Shown one piece after another: positions 44,118 through 54,309 of a DNA stretch of 64,000 bases. Below the pieces are notes generated by a model, which was not told the DNA's origin, made no database searches, and worked only from the letters and a program-made list of their open reading frames with translations. How positions within the stretch are numbered: the first letter of the stretch is position 1; each line of letters opens with the position of its first letter. Made by a program: the position numbers and the translations under genes. Source of the DNA: an uncultured Gilliamella sp. (GTDB lineage Bacteria > Pseudomonadota > Gammaproteobacteria > Enterobacterales > Orbaceae); contig CAMLAI010000001.1 in NCBI GenBank assembly GCA_946477995.1, forward strand, positions 7,101 to 71,100. Direction: 5' to 3'.

Positions 44118-44870
44118 TTAATCAATAATTTTAAGCCAATTGGGTAATATCGGTGTTGTGCAATAGTAATTGTATCCACCTTTGAACTGTTGTAATTTTT
44201 TAAACTGAGGTGTTTGTGGATCATTAAATAGTTCAGAAGCACCAGCACGATGTAATTTTTTAAAGCGTTCTGTTTCTTTATTAACACTATGCTTCCAAGC
44301 CTCAGAATAACCAAAACAGGTTAAAATCTGATTACAAAAAAATGTGTATCCGCCACCGGCAGCATAAAAAAAGAAAACTGTTGAAATAATCAAACCATAA
44401 AAACTAAATTTGAAAACATTAAGATAATAATCTAATGATTCACCACAAAAAATGCCGATGATTGAGACCATAATGCAGATTATAACAACAAAAAATGTCA
44501 ACAAAATAAAGTTTACTTTCACGCATTCAAATGCAGTTTCCTCCATAAAACTAGGAAAAATTAACGCATGCTGCTCGGGAATTCGAACTGCATAACATTC
44601 ATAAACATCATCATCCCGCGTTGGTTTTACAAGCATTTCAACATAATCACCATCATTAAAACCGACTTGTTTAAGTCGCCCTTCAACTTGATGACTGCCA
44701 ACATAACAATTAAAGTATTTTCCTTTTAAAAACGGACGCCAATTAAATAAATAGCAAAAAAAGGCGAATATAGATGAAGCGAGTATCAATCCTTTTTCAT
44801 CAATTTCTCCCTTTCTCAATTTACTGACAGTGCCTTTAAGTAAACAAAAATCTTTTTTCATAATTGTCAC
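44118..44870 (-). CDS. Hypothetical membrane protein, paralog of 43132-44082
   Basis: F.DGDYVEM.V.......YAVR.PE.H.L, TM helices, ILT.FGY; AAGGA RBS. Confidence 0.6.
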   Translation of the reverse strand: MTIMKKDFCLLKGTVSKLRKGEIDEKGLILASSIFAFFCYLFNWRPFLKGKYFNCYVGSHQVEGRLKQVGFNDGDYVEMLVKPTRDDDVYECYAVRIPEQHALIFPSFMEETAFECVKVNFILLTFFVVIICIMVSIIGIFCGESLDYYLNVFKFSFYGLIISTVFFFYAAGGGYTFFCNQILTCFGYSEAWKHSVNKETERFKKLHRAGASELFNDPQTPQFKKLQQFKGGYNYYCTTPILPNWLKIID

Positions 44871-45068
44871 ATTTCCTTATGACTTAATCTATGTAATTGA
44901 TAATTTAATCATCATATTATAAAAATCTAATTTATATCAATATTACTTATACCTTTTAGGATATATCAATTTATTAGAATATTATATTATTCTTAACTTT
45001 ACTTATTAAAAGTTCTGGTTGAATATATAATGATTTTTTGTCGATAAAACCGTCAAATGGAGGTGGTA

Positions 45069-46445
45069 ATGATTACCCATATTAGCCCGTTAGGATCAAT
45101 GGATTTGCTTGCGCAAGCTGAAGTTGATATGTTAAAAAAATCTGCTAATAGTGAGCTTTATCAATTATTTAGAAATTGTTCTTTAGCGACCCTTAATGCG
45201 GGTAGTAAAACCGATAGTACCAAAGAGTTATTAGATAGATTTAAATCGTTCGAAATTAATGTAATTAGTAAAGAACGCGGGGTGAAATTAGAGTTGATTG
45301 ATGCGCCCGAAAGTGCTTTTGTCGATAAACGAATGATTCGCTCTATTCAAGCCAATCTTTTTGCTGTACTGCGCGATATTCTCTTTTTAAATAGCCAAAT
45401 CAGTGCCGTTAAACAATTAGTGTCTAATGTTAAATTGGATAGAGATCACTCATTTTATATCACCAATCTGGTTTTCTCTATTTTACGTAATGCTAACGCA
45501 TTACATGTCGGCGAAGAGCCCAATTTGGTTGTTTGTTGGGGGGGCCATTCAATTAACGAAAGTGAATATTACTATGCCAGACAAGTAGGAATGCAACTTG
45601 GCTTGCGTGAACTTAATATTTGCACTGGCTGTGGACCAGGCATTATGGAAGCGCCAATGAAAGGGGCTGCTGTTGGCCATGCTCAACAACGTTATAAAGA
45701 TAGCCGTTTTATCGGCCTAACCGAACCATCAATTATCGCGGCAGAACCACCAAATGCGTTAGTTAACGAACTCATTATTATGCCGGATATCGAAAAACGA
45801 CTCGAAGCCTTTGTACGTATTGCTCATGGTATTATTATTTTTCCAGGTGGGCCTGGCACTGCCGAAGAATTGCTTTATATTTTAGGTATTATGCTCAATC
45901 CAGAGAATAAACATCAAGCACTCCCTCTTATTTTAACCGGTCCCAAAGAGTGCGAAGACTACTTTGCTGCGATTGATAGTTTTATTCGCAATACCTTAGG
46001 TGATGAAGCAACTAAACTTTATCAAATTGTCATTGATTCGCCAGAACAAGTTGCTCGTATAATGAAAGAAGGGGTAAAACAAGTGAAAGCTTCGCGTTTA
46101 GCTACTGGCGATGCTTACGGCTTTAACTGGCTATTAAAAATAGATGAATCGCTACAACACCCATTTGAGCCAATACACGAAAACATGGCTTCGCTCAATT
46201 TACATAAAGATCAGCCAGTTGAATTATTAGCTGCTGATTTGCGCCGAGCGTTTTCTGGTATTGTTGCAGGTAATGTAAAAGAGTTTGGTATGAAACAGAT
46301 TGCCGAGCATGGTCCCTATAAATTGCAAGGCGATAAAGAGATCATGACACAACTTGATAATTTACTGCGTAGTTTTGTTAAACAAGACCGCATGAAGTTA
46401 CCTGGTGGTACTGCTTATAAACCTTGTTACGAAATCTGTTATTAA
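45069..46445 (+). CDS. ppnN: Nucleotide 5'-monophosphate nucleosidase PpnN (YgdH, LOG family)
   Basis: [51 protein letters not shown]. Confidence 0.95.
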   Translation: MITHISPLGSMDLLAQAEVDMLKKSANSELYQLFRNCSLATLNAGSKTDSTKELLDRFKSFEINVISKERGVKLELIDAPESAFVDKRMIRSIQANLFAVLRDILFLNSQISAVKQLVSNVKLDRDHSFYITNLVFSILRNANALHVGEEPNLVVCWGGHSINESEYYYARQVGMQLGLRELNICTGCGPGIMEAPMKGAAVGHAQQRYKDSRFIGLTEPSIIAAEPPNALVNELIIMPDIEKRLEAFVRIAHGIIIFPGGPGTAEELLYILGIMLNPENKHQALPLILTGPKECEDYFAAIDSFIRNTLGDEATKLYQIVIDSPEQVARIMKEGVKQVKASRLATGDAYGFNWLLKIDESLQHPFEPIHENMASLNLHKDQPVELLAADLRRAFSGIVAGNVKEFGMKQIAEHGPYKLQGDKEIMTQLDNLLRSFVKQDRMKLPGGTAYKPCYEICY

Positions 46446-46479
46446 CTGAGCCAATAAAATAAAAAAACATAATTTGTAG

Positions 46480-46657
46480 GTCACTTTAACATTTAAAAAG
46501 AGTAATCATCACATCTAGGGATTAGTTGTTAGTGTTAAAGTGACTGATAAATTAGTTCAATAATGACTTTATTTGTAATCAACAAATCTACCAACAACTC
46601 TGGATTGTTATCTAATTAAGATGTCGGTAGACCGTTGTTTTAATTAACCTAACGGTC
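46480..46657. repeat. Three consecutive inverted repeats between convergent ppnN and radA
   Basis: GTCACTTTAACA/TGTTAAAGTGAC; TCTACCAACA/TGTCGGTAGA; GACCGTT/AACGGTC. Confidence 0.55.
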
Positions 46658-48032
46658 AAAAATCATTTAAAATATCTAACGCTTCTGAGACTTTTTTGAC
46701 GCCAAAAACTTGCATATTTTCAGGCTTCTTTTTAGGCATATTGGCAAAAGGTACAATCGCTTTTTTAAAACCATGTTTTGCAGCTTCAGCAATTCGTTCT
46801 TGTCCACTCGGTACTGGGCGTATTTCGCCGCCTAAGCCAATCTCGCCAAAAATCACCACATCTTGTGGTAATGGGCGATTACGAAAACTCGATACCAATG
46901 CAGCAATTAATGCTAAATCGGCACTAGTTTCGGTCACTTTTACCCCGCCAACAACGTTAACAAAAATATCCTGATCAGCCATTTGTAAACCACCATGGCG
47001 ATGCAAAACCGCGAGTAAAAGTGCCAGCCGATTTTGATCAAGCCCGACAGTCACTCGCCTTGGATTGCCATATACAGAATGATCAACTAACGCTTGAATT
47101 TCAACCAGTAATGGACGAGTACCTTCCCATAACACCATTACCGAACTGCCCGATAACATCTCTTCACCACGACTTAAAAAGATTGCAGATGGATTACTGA
47201 CTTCTTTCAATCCTTGTTCAGTCATAGCAAACACACCTAACTCATTGACTGCGCCAAAACGATTTTTATGGCTACGTAAAGTTCGAAATCGAGAGTCAGC
47301 ATCACCATCAAGTAAAATTGAGCAATCAATACAGTGTTCAAGTACTTTAGGGCCAGCTAGTGAGCCATCTTTAGTCACATGGCCAACCATAATAATGGCT
47401 ATGCCTTTGGTTTTCGCAAAACGCGTTAAATAAGCTGCAGTTTCACGAACTTGAGCCACACTACCTGGCGAAGATTGAATATCAGCAAGATGCATAACTT
47501 GAATTGAGTCAATAACCATTAACTTTGGCTGTGACTGCTCAGCAAGTAAACAGATCTGCTCAATACTGGTTTCAGACAACATATTAATATTATCTGTCGG
47601 TAAACCTAAACGATGTGCACGCATCGCTACTTGTTGTAATGATTCCTCACCAGTAACATAAAGCGTATTCATTTGTGCTGACAGTTTACTCATGGTTTGC
47701 AGTAGCAAAGTACTTTTACCGGCACCGGGGTTACCACCAATTAAGATAGCACTACCTGGTACTACACCACCACCAAGTACACGGTCAAATTCAGAAAATC
47801 CAGTTGAAAATCTGGGTAAGGCTTCCAGACTAATTTCAGATAATTTTTGGATTTTAGTTTGCCCTGCACCACCGGCATAGCCGGTTAATCGGTCATTGCG
47901 TGATGAACTACTAGCTAACCTAACTTCAGTAATAGTATTCCATGCATGACAAGCGCTACATTGACCTTGCCAACGAGGATAGTCAGCACCACAATCATTA
48001 CAGACATAAGCACGCTTTACTGTTTTTGCCAA
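46656..48032 (-). CDS. radA: DNA repair protein RadA/Sms
   Basis: C4 zinc finger, GNPGAGKS, KNRFG, Lon-like C-domain. Confidence 0.97.
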   Translation of the reverse strand: MAKTVKRAYVCNDCGADYPRWQGQCSACHAWNTITEVRLASSSSRNDRLTGYAGGAGQTKIQKLSEISLEALPRFSTGFSEFDRVLGGGVVPGSAILIGGNPGAGKSTLLLQTMSKLSAQMNTLYVTGEESLQQVAMRAHRLGLPTDNINMLSETSIEQICLLAEQSQPKLMVIDSIQVMHLADIQSSPGSVAQVRETAAYLTRFAKTKGIAIIMVGHVTKDGSLAGPKVLEHCIDCSILLDGDADSRFRTLRSHKNRFGAVNELGVFAMTEQGLKEVSNPSAIFLSRGEEMLSGSSVMVLWEGTRPLLVEIQALVDHSVYGNPRRVTVGLDQNRLALLLAVLHRHGGLQMADQDIFVNVVGGVKVTETSADLALIAALVSSFRNRPLPQDVVIFGEIGLGGEIRPVPSGQERIAEAAKHGFKKAIVPFANMPKKKPENMQVFGVKKVSEALDILNDF

Positions 48033-48041
48033 ACTCTTCTC

Positions 48042-49016
48042 CTAACCTTCACTTAATAAACTGGTTGATAAAATACACCACAATCCGGTTAAATCCGCAT
48101 AATTAATGCTAATCCGTGCTTTTTCCACCACTTTGGGTTTACCATGATAAGCTACACCAAGACCCGCTATACGAAGCATCATTAGATCATTAGCACCATC
48201 ACCGATAGCAACAGTTTGCTCTATTGGAATATCTAGTGATGTCGCTAAATGCTGTAAGGTTCTGGCTTTGTATTTTGCATCAACAATCGGCCCGATAACC
48301 TTACCCGTTAATTTACCGTTTTTAATTTCTAACTCATTGGCATAAGCATCAACTAACTTTAACTTTTGTTTTAGATGATCAGCAAAATAGGTAAAGCCGC
48401 CTGAAGCGATTGCAACATGCCAATTTTTTTTATGTAATTCTCTCACTAAATAAGATAAGCCTGGCGTAAGAGGTAACGTGTCTTTCACCTGTTGCAAAAT
48501 AGTTTGCTGGGCACCTTTAAGTGTTGCTACTCTTTTACGTAAACTTGTAGCAAAGTCAAGTTCGCCACGCATGGCTTGTTCCGTCACAGCAGCCACTTGT
48601 TCACCAACCCCCTGTAATTTAGCCAGCTCATCAATGCATTCAATACCAATTGCGGTCGAATCCATATCCATAACAAGTAGTCCCGGTGAATGTAATGATG
48701 GCAAATTATCAATGGGCGCAACATCAATATTTAAAGCCAATGAAATGGACTTAGCCTTTTTAGGCATAACTCCCGCAATTCTAACGATCTGATATGTTTT
48801 AATTTTCCACGATGACACAATTACCATGGGCATAGCAAGTTGGTTTTGGAATTTTGATAAAACAGTTTTATTTAATTTTTTGCCATAAATAATCCAACCT
48901 GTTTTACCCGCATTATAGTCAAGGGGTACCACTTCGCATCCATTCAAAGATAGCGGTAAACCTTGCCAAGATTGAATATTTTCAGGTAAATCATTGTAGG
49001 TAAGTGTGTAAGCCAT
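48042..49016 (-). CDS. serB: Phosphoserine phosphatase
   Basis: VMDMDST, ASGGF, GDGAND; serB-radA operon. Confidence 0.95.
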   Translation of the reverse strand: MAYTLTYNDLPENIQSWQGLPLSLNGCEVVPLDYNAGKTGWIIYGKKLNKTVLSKFQNQLAMPMVIVSSWKIKTYQIVRIAGVMPKKAKSISLALNIDVAPIDNLPSLHSPGLLVMDMDSTAIGIECIDELAKLQGVGEQVAAVTEQAMRGELDFATSLRKRVATLKGAQQTILQQVKDTLPLTPGLSYLVRELHKKNWHVAIASGGFTYFADHLKQKLKLVDAYANELEIKNGKLTGKVIGPIVDAKYKARTLQHLATSLDIPIEQTVAIGDGANDLMMLRIAGLGVAYHGKPKVVEKARISINYADLTGLWCILSTSLLSEG

Positions 49017-49224
49017 ATCAGAAAATCTTTATAACGTGAAACGAAGCCAGAATTTATCATATCTAAAAAAGATTGTCCAAATGGGTAAGGTGTTTTATAT
49101 TCAGTATCTAAACATAAATTAAATTCGTCAAAGTGTCTTTACCTTTTTAAGTTTGATAATTGTATTTGGTTGAATTTCAATTTATCAAAACCATTTTAAT
49201 ACTTACCCATATCATTATAGGATG

Positions 49225-49566
49225 TCATAGCGTTAATGCCCACAAGCAAAGTTGTTCTAATGCAGGACGTATCCGTTCACCCTGTGGGGTCAATCTATAT
49301 AACACTTTTAATGGCGGTTTATCCCCAAAAACAGTGCGAGTAATTAAGCCATCCTCTTCAAGCTTTTTAAGTTGAAGACTTAATGTCATATCGGTAATTT
49401 CTGGGATGATGGTTTTTAATTCACTAAAGCGTTTTTCGCCAGAAAGTAAATAATGAAGTATCACCCCTTTCCATTTTCCACCAACTAAATCCATCGCTAA
49501 ACTGATAGGGCAATAATACGTTTTATTGTTATAAGTTTTTACAGTGCTTTGCTTGTCTAATTCCAT
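49225..49566 (-). CDS. HxlR family winged-helix transcriptional regulator
   Basis: CP...A..LVGGKWK..IL, RF.EL, L..QLK.LE.DGL, PP..V.Y.LT. Confidence 0.9.
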   Translation of the reverse strand: MELDKQSTVKTYNNKTYYCPISLAMDLVGGKWKGVILHYLLSGEKRFSELKTIIPEITDMTLSLQLKKLEEDGLITRTVFGDKPPLKVLYRLTPQGERIRPALEQLCLWALTL

Positions 49567-49689
49567 TTAACTACCTAACGCTTTAAGTTTATAACTATCT
49601 AATTTGATAGATATTGCCATAAACCTATTAAGGCATAAACTAATAATAGTCACTCATATTTTTATAGTATAAATCCAAAAGGAATCATC

Positions 49690-50226
49690 ATGGCATTAAT
49701 TATTTTAGGTCATCCCAATATTGAACAATCTATTGCAAACAAAACCATTATAGAATCATTGCAAAAACAGATTACGGATTTAGAAATTCGTAATATTCAC
49801 CAACTTTATCCAGATTACAAAATCAATGTACAAGAGGAACAAGCCGCTTTACTGAGGCATGATCTTATCGTTTTACAATACCCTATGTATTGGTTTAACA
49901 TGCCAGCAATACTTAAAATATGGTTTGATCAGGTATTAACCTACCAATTTGCTTATGGCTCGCAAGGCGATAAATTAAAAGGTAAAAAGTTATTACCAAG
50001 TTTAACAATTGGGCAAGCTGAGCAAAATTTTCAAGAATATAGCGCCGATTTAATCAAAAATTTACTTGAATCGGTTAAGGTTTCAGCACGCTACACACAA
50101 ATGGAATATCTTCCACCGGCATTACTCTATGGTGTTTCTCCAATTATGAAAGGTGAAAGTGAAATAAAAGCAAATGCCTTAGAACATTCAAAACAGTTAG
50201 CTCAAAGAATAAAAAAATACAGCTAA
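49690..50226 (+). CDS. Flavodoxin-fold NAD(P)H-dependent (quinone) oxidoreductase
   Basis: GHP....S.AN, YPD..I.V..EQ, QYP.YW...PA.LK.WFD.V....FAYG..G.KL.GK. Confidence 0.88.
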   Translation: MALIILGHPNIEQSIANKTIIESLQKQITDLEIRNIHQLYPDYKINVQEEQAALLRHDLIVLQYPMYWFNMPAILKIWFDQVLTYQFAYGSQGDKLKGKKLLPSLTIGQAEQNFQEYSADLIKNLLESVKVSARYTQMEYLPPALLYGVSPIMKGESEIKANALEHSKQLAQRIKKYS

Positions 50227-50589
50227 TCGGTAAAGGATGATATGTATTAATAATATATATCATCCTATGTGATGCGTTAATCTGTTTGATTTAATTAATA
50301 CTACAAAAACTATCAATCCCAGCTTGATTAATACAAATAGTTTAACCTTGCCTTGTTATTTAGCTCAAAATTCTTTTACTCAGGTATTTTTACTAAAAAA
50401 ATCCCAATAGAAATAACGATCACAATTTGCTATATCTATAAGTAAAAAATCCTTTTTAAAAATAGAAAAAACAATCATCTACCATCACCTTGCTAAACGG
50501 TTAACATCTGTTAAAATTAACGTTTAGTACAATTAACACTTTGATCTCGTCGTTATTATTAAATGGTGAGTTGAGTTTAATTGTTTTAA

Positions 50590-50919
50590 ATGATGCAAAA
50601 TTTACATACGAATAATATCAATATGATAACATCAAACCAACCTAGAAAACGCTTACCTTCGATTCTCGTATTCATAGCGATCTATCTTATCTGTCAAGCA
50701 GTGGTTTTTTTGTCAAAACCAATATTTCGTTTGCTAGAAAAGCTTGCTTACGTGATTGATGATTTTCTTAATTATACGGGTATTGCTTTAGCTGACGGTG
50801 AATTTGATCCCGCTGGGTTGTGGGTAATTTTGGGTGTGCCATTTTTGTGTACGATTGTAATTTTTTATCTTCTCAAAAAATTAACCAATAAGATAAAGCC
50901 TTTCTCGTCAATAAAATAG
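50590..50919 (+). CDS. Hypothetical two-TM membrane protein
   Basis: Two hydrophobic segments flanking an acidic loop (ADGEFDPAG); TTGCTA-N16-TAAAAT promoter candidate upstream. Confidence 0.55.
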   Translation: MMQNLHTNNINMITSNQPRKRLPSILVFIAIYLICQAVVFLSKPIFRLLEKLAYVIDDFLNYTGIALADGEFDPAGLWVILGVPFLCTIVIFYLLKKLTNKIKPFSSIK

Positions 50920-51031
50920 GAAATAAATCACTATGCTCAGTTGAGCATAATAAGTCATAAAAAGCTTTATTTCTTATCATAAACTCTAAAGACCCTATCT
51001 ATGAGCAAAAAACAGCGCTCACCTTTAAGCG

Positions 51032-52321
51032 TTAAATTTTCTGCAATACCGCGTAGAAGAAGCCGTCACCGCCATGCTCACTTGGTAGTAGTTGTTTAAT
51101 TTCACCTTGTAATTGGGCATCACGATATTCATTAAGAAAACGCGTGATCTGTGCACTGTTTTCATCTGGTAAGATTGAACAAGTAGCATAGACTAAGGTT
51201 CCCCCTATTTTCAAATAGGGCCAAATTTGAGTTAAAATAGCGTACTGTAACGCAACTAATTGAGCAATATCGCTATCACGACGTAACCACTTGATATCAG
51301 GATGTCGCCGAATCACCCCTGTTGCCGAACAAGGTGCATCAAGCAAAATGCGATCAAAAATTCGTCCTTTACACCATTTTTCAGGGGTTAAACCATCACC
51401 TACTTTGACTTCGGCGTGCTGTTTTAAACGTTGCAAATTTTGTTCAATACGTTTTGCTCGATTAGCATCAACATCAACAGCCAATAGGTGGGCTTGTGGC
51501 GCTATTTCTAAAATATGCGTAGTTTTACCGCCTGGTGCTGCGCACATATCTAATATCTGTTCACCATTTTGAGGTGCCAATAAGTAAGCGGCATATTGGG
51601 CAGATAAATCCTGTACCGTTACCGCACCGTCTTCAAAAGAAGGTAATTTGTTCACGTTAACCGGTGTAATTATCTGTAATGCACTTGGCATTGATGGATA
51701 AACTTGTGATTCAATGTTTATGTCAGCTAATCGTTGCTGGTAATCAGCTACACAATAGTGATTTTGATTAACACGCAACCACATAGGTGGTTTTTGATTA
51801 TTAGCAGCAATAATTGCTTGCCATTTATCAGGATAAGCTTGCTTAAGGCGATTAACTAACCAACTTGGGTGTAATGTTCGGCTTGTTTGCTCTTTGCTGC
51901 TTTGACTAAAAGTTTGTTGTAACGAGGCTTGTTGGCGTAAAAATTCACGTAATACACCATTAATCAAACCCTTTAGTGACGATTTTTTTAAAACATTAAC
52001 CGCATTGACCGTTTCACCAACTGCGGCATGTTCAGGAATACGGGTATAAAGAATCTGGTAAATCCCGACAAATAATAGATAATGCAAAACGCTATTTTTG
52101 CCAGTCATGACTTTAGCCATGAGATGATGAATATAAAAATTGAGCTCAGGTAATACTCGCATTACCCCAAAACAAATCTCTTGAACTAAACTACGATCTT
52201 TATCAGCTATTTTATCATGTTCAGCAGTTAACGCTGTATTGAGTGATTGCCCACCTTCCAATACATTAAAAATGACCTGTGCACAAACTGCACGAATGTT
52301 AGGGTATAATTTTTTATTCAT
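51032..52321 (-). CDS. rsmB: 16S rRNA m5C967 methyltransferase RsmB
   Basis: NusB-like N-domain, QD, LDMCAAPGGKT, ILLDAPCSATGVIRRHPD, YATCS. Confidence 0.96.
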   Translation of the reverse strand: MNKKLYPNIRAVCAQVIFNVLEGGQSLNTALTAEHDKIADKDRSLVQEICFGVMRVLPELNFYIHHLMAKVMTGKNSVLHYLLFVGIYQILYTRIPEHAAVGETVNAVNVLKKSSLKGLINGVLREFLRQQASLQQTFSQSSKEQTSRTLHPSWLVNRLKQAYPDKWQAIIAANNQKPPMWLRVNQNHYCVADYQQRLADINIESQVYPSMPSALQIITPVNVNKLPSFEDGAVTVQDLSAQYAAYLLAPQNGEQILDMCAAPGGKTTHILEIAPQAHLLAVDVDANRAKRIEQNLQRLKQHAEVKVGDGLTPEKWCKGRIFDRILLDAPCSATGVIRRHPDIKWLRRDSDIAQLVALQYAILTQIWPYLKIGGTLVYATCSILPDENSAQITRFLNEYRDAQLQGEIKQLLPSEHGGDGFFYAVLQKI

Positions 52322-52358
52322 ACAAGAGAATAACCTTGCTCAATTAGAGAGCGACTTA

Positions 52359-53702
52359 TTATAAAATTAATGAACCCACCCAACCCGCAATAAATAAGGG
52401 GATATTAAAATGGGTGAAAGTTGGAATAACACTATCACGAATATGGTCGTGCTGCCCGTCACTATTAAGCCCAGCTGAGGTTGCTAAGATAGTATCAGAT
52501 GGAGGAGAACCAGCATCGCCAATAGCGCCTGATGCACCAATTAAACAGACTGTTGCAATCGGTGAAAAACCAAGTTGAACACAAAGTGGTACATAGATAG
52601 CAGCAATAATTGGCACAGTTGAGAATGAAGAGCCAATACCTAATGTAATCACTAATCCGACTAACATCATCATAAATGAGGCTATCACTTTGTTGCCAGC
52701 AAATAAAGCTGCACTATTAATAACTAAAGGCTCAATTTCGTGAGTTTGTTTTAAAACTTCGGCAAAACCTTGTGCAGAAATCATCACAAAACCAATCATT
52801 GCCATCATTTTTATACCATCAGTAAAAACACCGTCGGCTTCGCCCCATTTAATTGTGCCTGATACAATAAAACAAATAAAACCAATTAAGGCGCCTAGAA
52901 TCATTGAGCCAGTATAAAGTTGGATACTAAACGATAGCACTATTGCTAAAAGTGAAACAAAAAGTGAACGCTTATTCAGATTATTTAACGCGGATAAATT
53001 GGTCTCTTGGCGAATAATTTTATATTCACGAGGTTTTCGGTAACTGACAAAAATCGCCCATAATAAACCGATAAACATACCTAGAGCAGGTATTGCCATA
53101 GCATGCATGACGTTGACATGGCTCACATCCATACCTGATGAGATAATATTTTTTAATAAAATCTGATTTAAAAAAATGTTGCCAAAACCTACGGGTAAAA
53201 ACATATAAGGTGTGATAAGACCAAATGTCATAATACAAGCAATCATTCGTCTATCTAATTGCAAACGTGACATAACATATAAAAGCGGTGGAATTAAAAG
53301 TGGTATAAAGGCAATATGAATAGGAATAACATTTTGTGAGGAAATACTCACTAATGCAATAATAATGATTAATAACCATTTAATTCGGGTTTTCGCGCTG
53401 CTTGATGTCAGCTGCTCAATAGCTTTATCGGCCAATAACTCTGGTAAGCCTGATTTTGATATTGCAACCGCAAAGGCACCAAGCATGGCATAAGATAGGG
53501 CAATATTAGCACCATTACTAATACCGGTATTAAAGGCATCAATGGTTTCTTTTAATGATAAATGACTAAATAGCCCACCTATAAATGCCCCAATAATTAA
53601 ACTAATTACGACATGAACACGGCAGAGCGATAAAATTAACATGCAAACTACCGCGACAACAACTGCATTTATGGACGAAAACAAATCAAGCACTATATTC
53701 AT
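52359..53702 (-). CDS. Na+/H+ antiporter-family (YuiF-like) putative amino acid permease
   Basis: NAVV.AV..ML.LSL.R.HV, SQN..P.HIAFIP, PVGFG, GIGSSFST, GDAGSP.SD, DGQHDHI. Confidence 0.85.
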   Translation of the reverse strand: MNIVLDLFSSINAVVVAVVCMLILSLCRVHVVISLIIGAFIGGLFSHLSLKETIDAFNTGISNGANIALSYAMLGAFAVAISKSGLPELLADKAIEQLTSSSAKTRIKWLLIIIIALVSISSQNVIPIHIAFIPLLIPPLLYVMSRLQLDRRMIACIMTFGLITPYMFLPVGFGNIFLNQILLKNIISSGMDVSHVNVMHAMAIPALGMFIGLLWAIFVSYRKPREYKIIRQETNLSALNNLNKRSLFVSLLAIVLSFSIQLYTGSMILGALIGFICFIVSGTIKWGEADGVFTDGIKMMAMIGFVMISAQGFAEVLKQTHEIEPLVINSAALFAGNKVIASFMMMLVGLVITLGIGSSFSTVPIIAAIYVPLCVQLGFSPIATVCLIGASGAIGDAGSPPSDTILATSAGLNSDGQHDHIRDSVIPTFTHFNIPLFIAGWVGSLIL

Positions 53703-54018
53703 AAAAAGATTTTCGGTTAATCAGGAAAGCTTAGCATTTTAGGTGATCGATACTGAAAGTGCAATTGATAGTGTACACTCACTAATTAGCAGATTTAACA
53801 GTAGCAATGTAGATTTGCGCTTAGTTTTAACGATTTATGATAGGCTTAACTTAAAAAGACTAGCTTAATTAATCAACGATTTTTTTCAATTTGGTTAATT
53901 TAACTCTTTGATTTTAAGCATCAGTTATCAAACTTATACAATTATTGATAACATTCGACACGTTACAGAATCGACTATAAATGATTGTTGAGATTCGACA
54001 ATAATGGCTAAGCGATAA

Positions 54019-54140
54019 AATAATCGGTATAAGCTCAGCGCAATAATTTCATAAAATTTATCATTTATATAAATTAACTTTTCAATATAAAGTACAATAC
54101 ATTAAATTGGTTATTAGCGCACAATAAGATACCGATTATT
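54019..54140. repeat. 122-bp imperfect palindrome (MITE/ERIC-like architecture)
   Basis: Perfect 12-bp terminal IR AATAATCGGTAT/ATACCGATTATT with nested GCGCAATAA/TTATT(A)GCGC. Confidence 0.45.
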
Positions 54141-54309
54141 CAATGTGTTATAAAATAACTTTCTTATCATTGTCACTCAATCCAGTTATAATGGTGTTTA
54201 ATGCAGTTTTAATTGTACAAGATAAAAACCTAGGTAATAGAATTGATTACTTACTCTATTTAAAAATTAAGTTCTGCGATCTACAAAAGTTTGTTATGGA
54301 GTGTTGCTA

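Noticed and set aside
50490-50526. GTTAA direct repeats as an ArcA/CpxR site
   Set aside because: Irregular spacing and overlap with a plausible sigma70 promoter; too weak in AT-rich DNA
53703-54300. Histidine attenuator leader upstream of the YuiF-like permease
   Set aside because: No run of His codons or terminator/antiterminator pair seen on the minus strand
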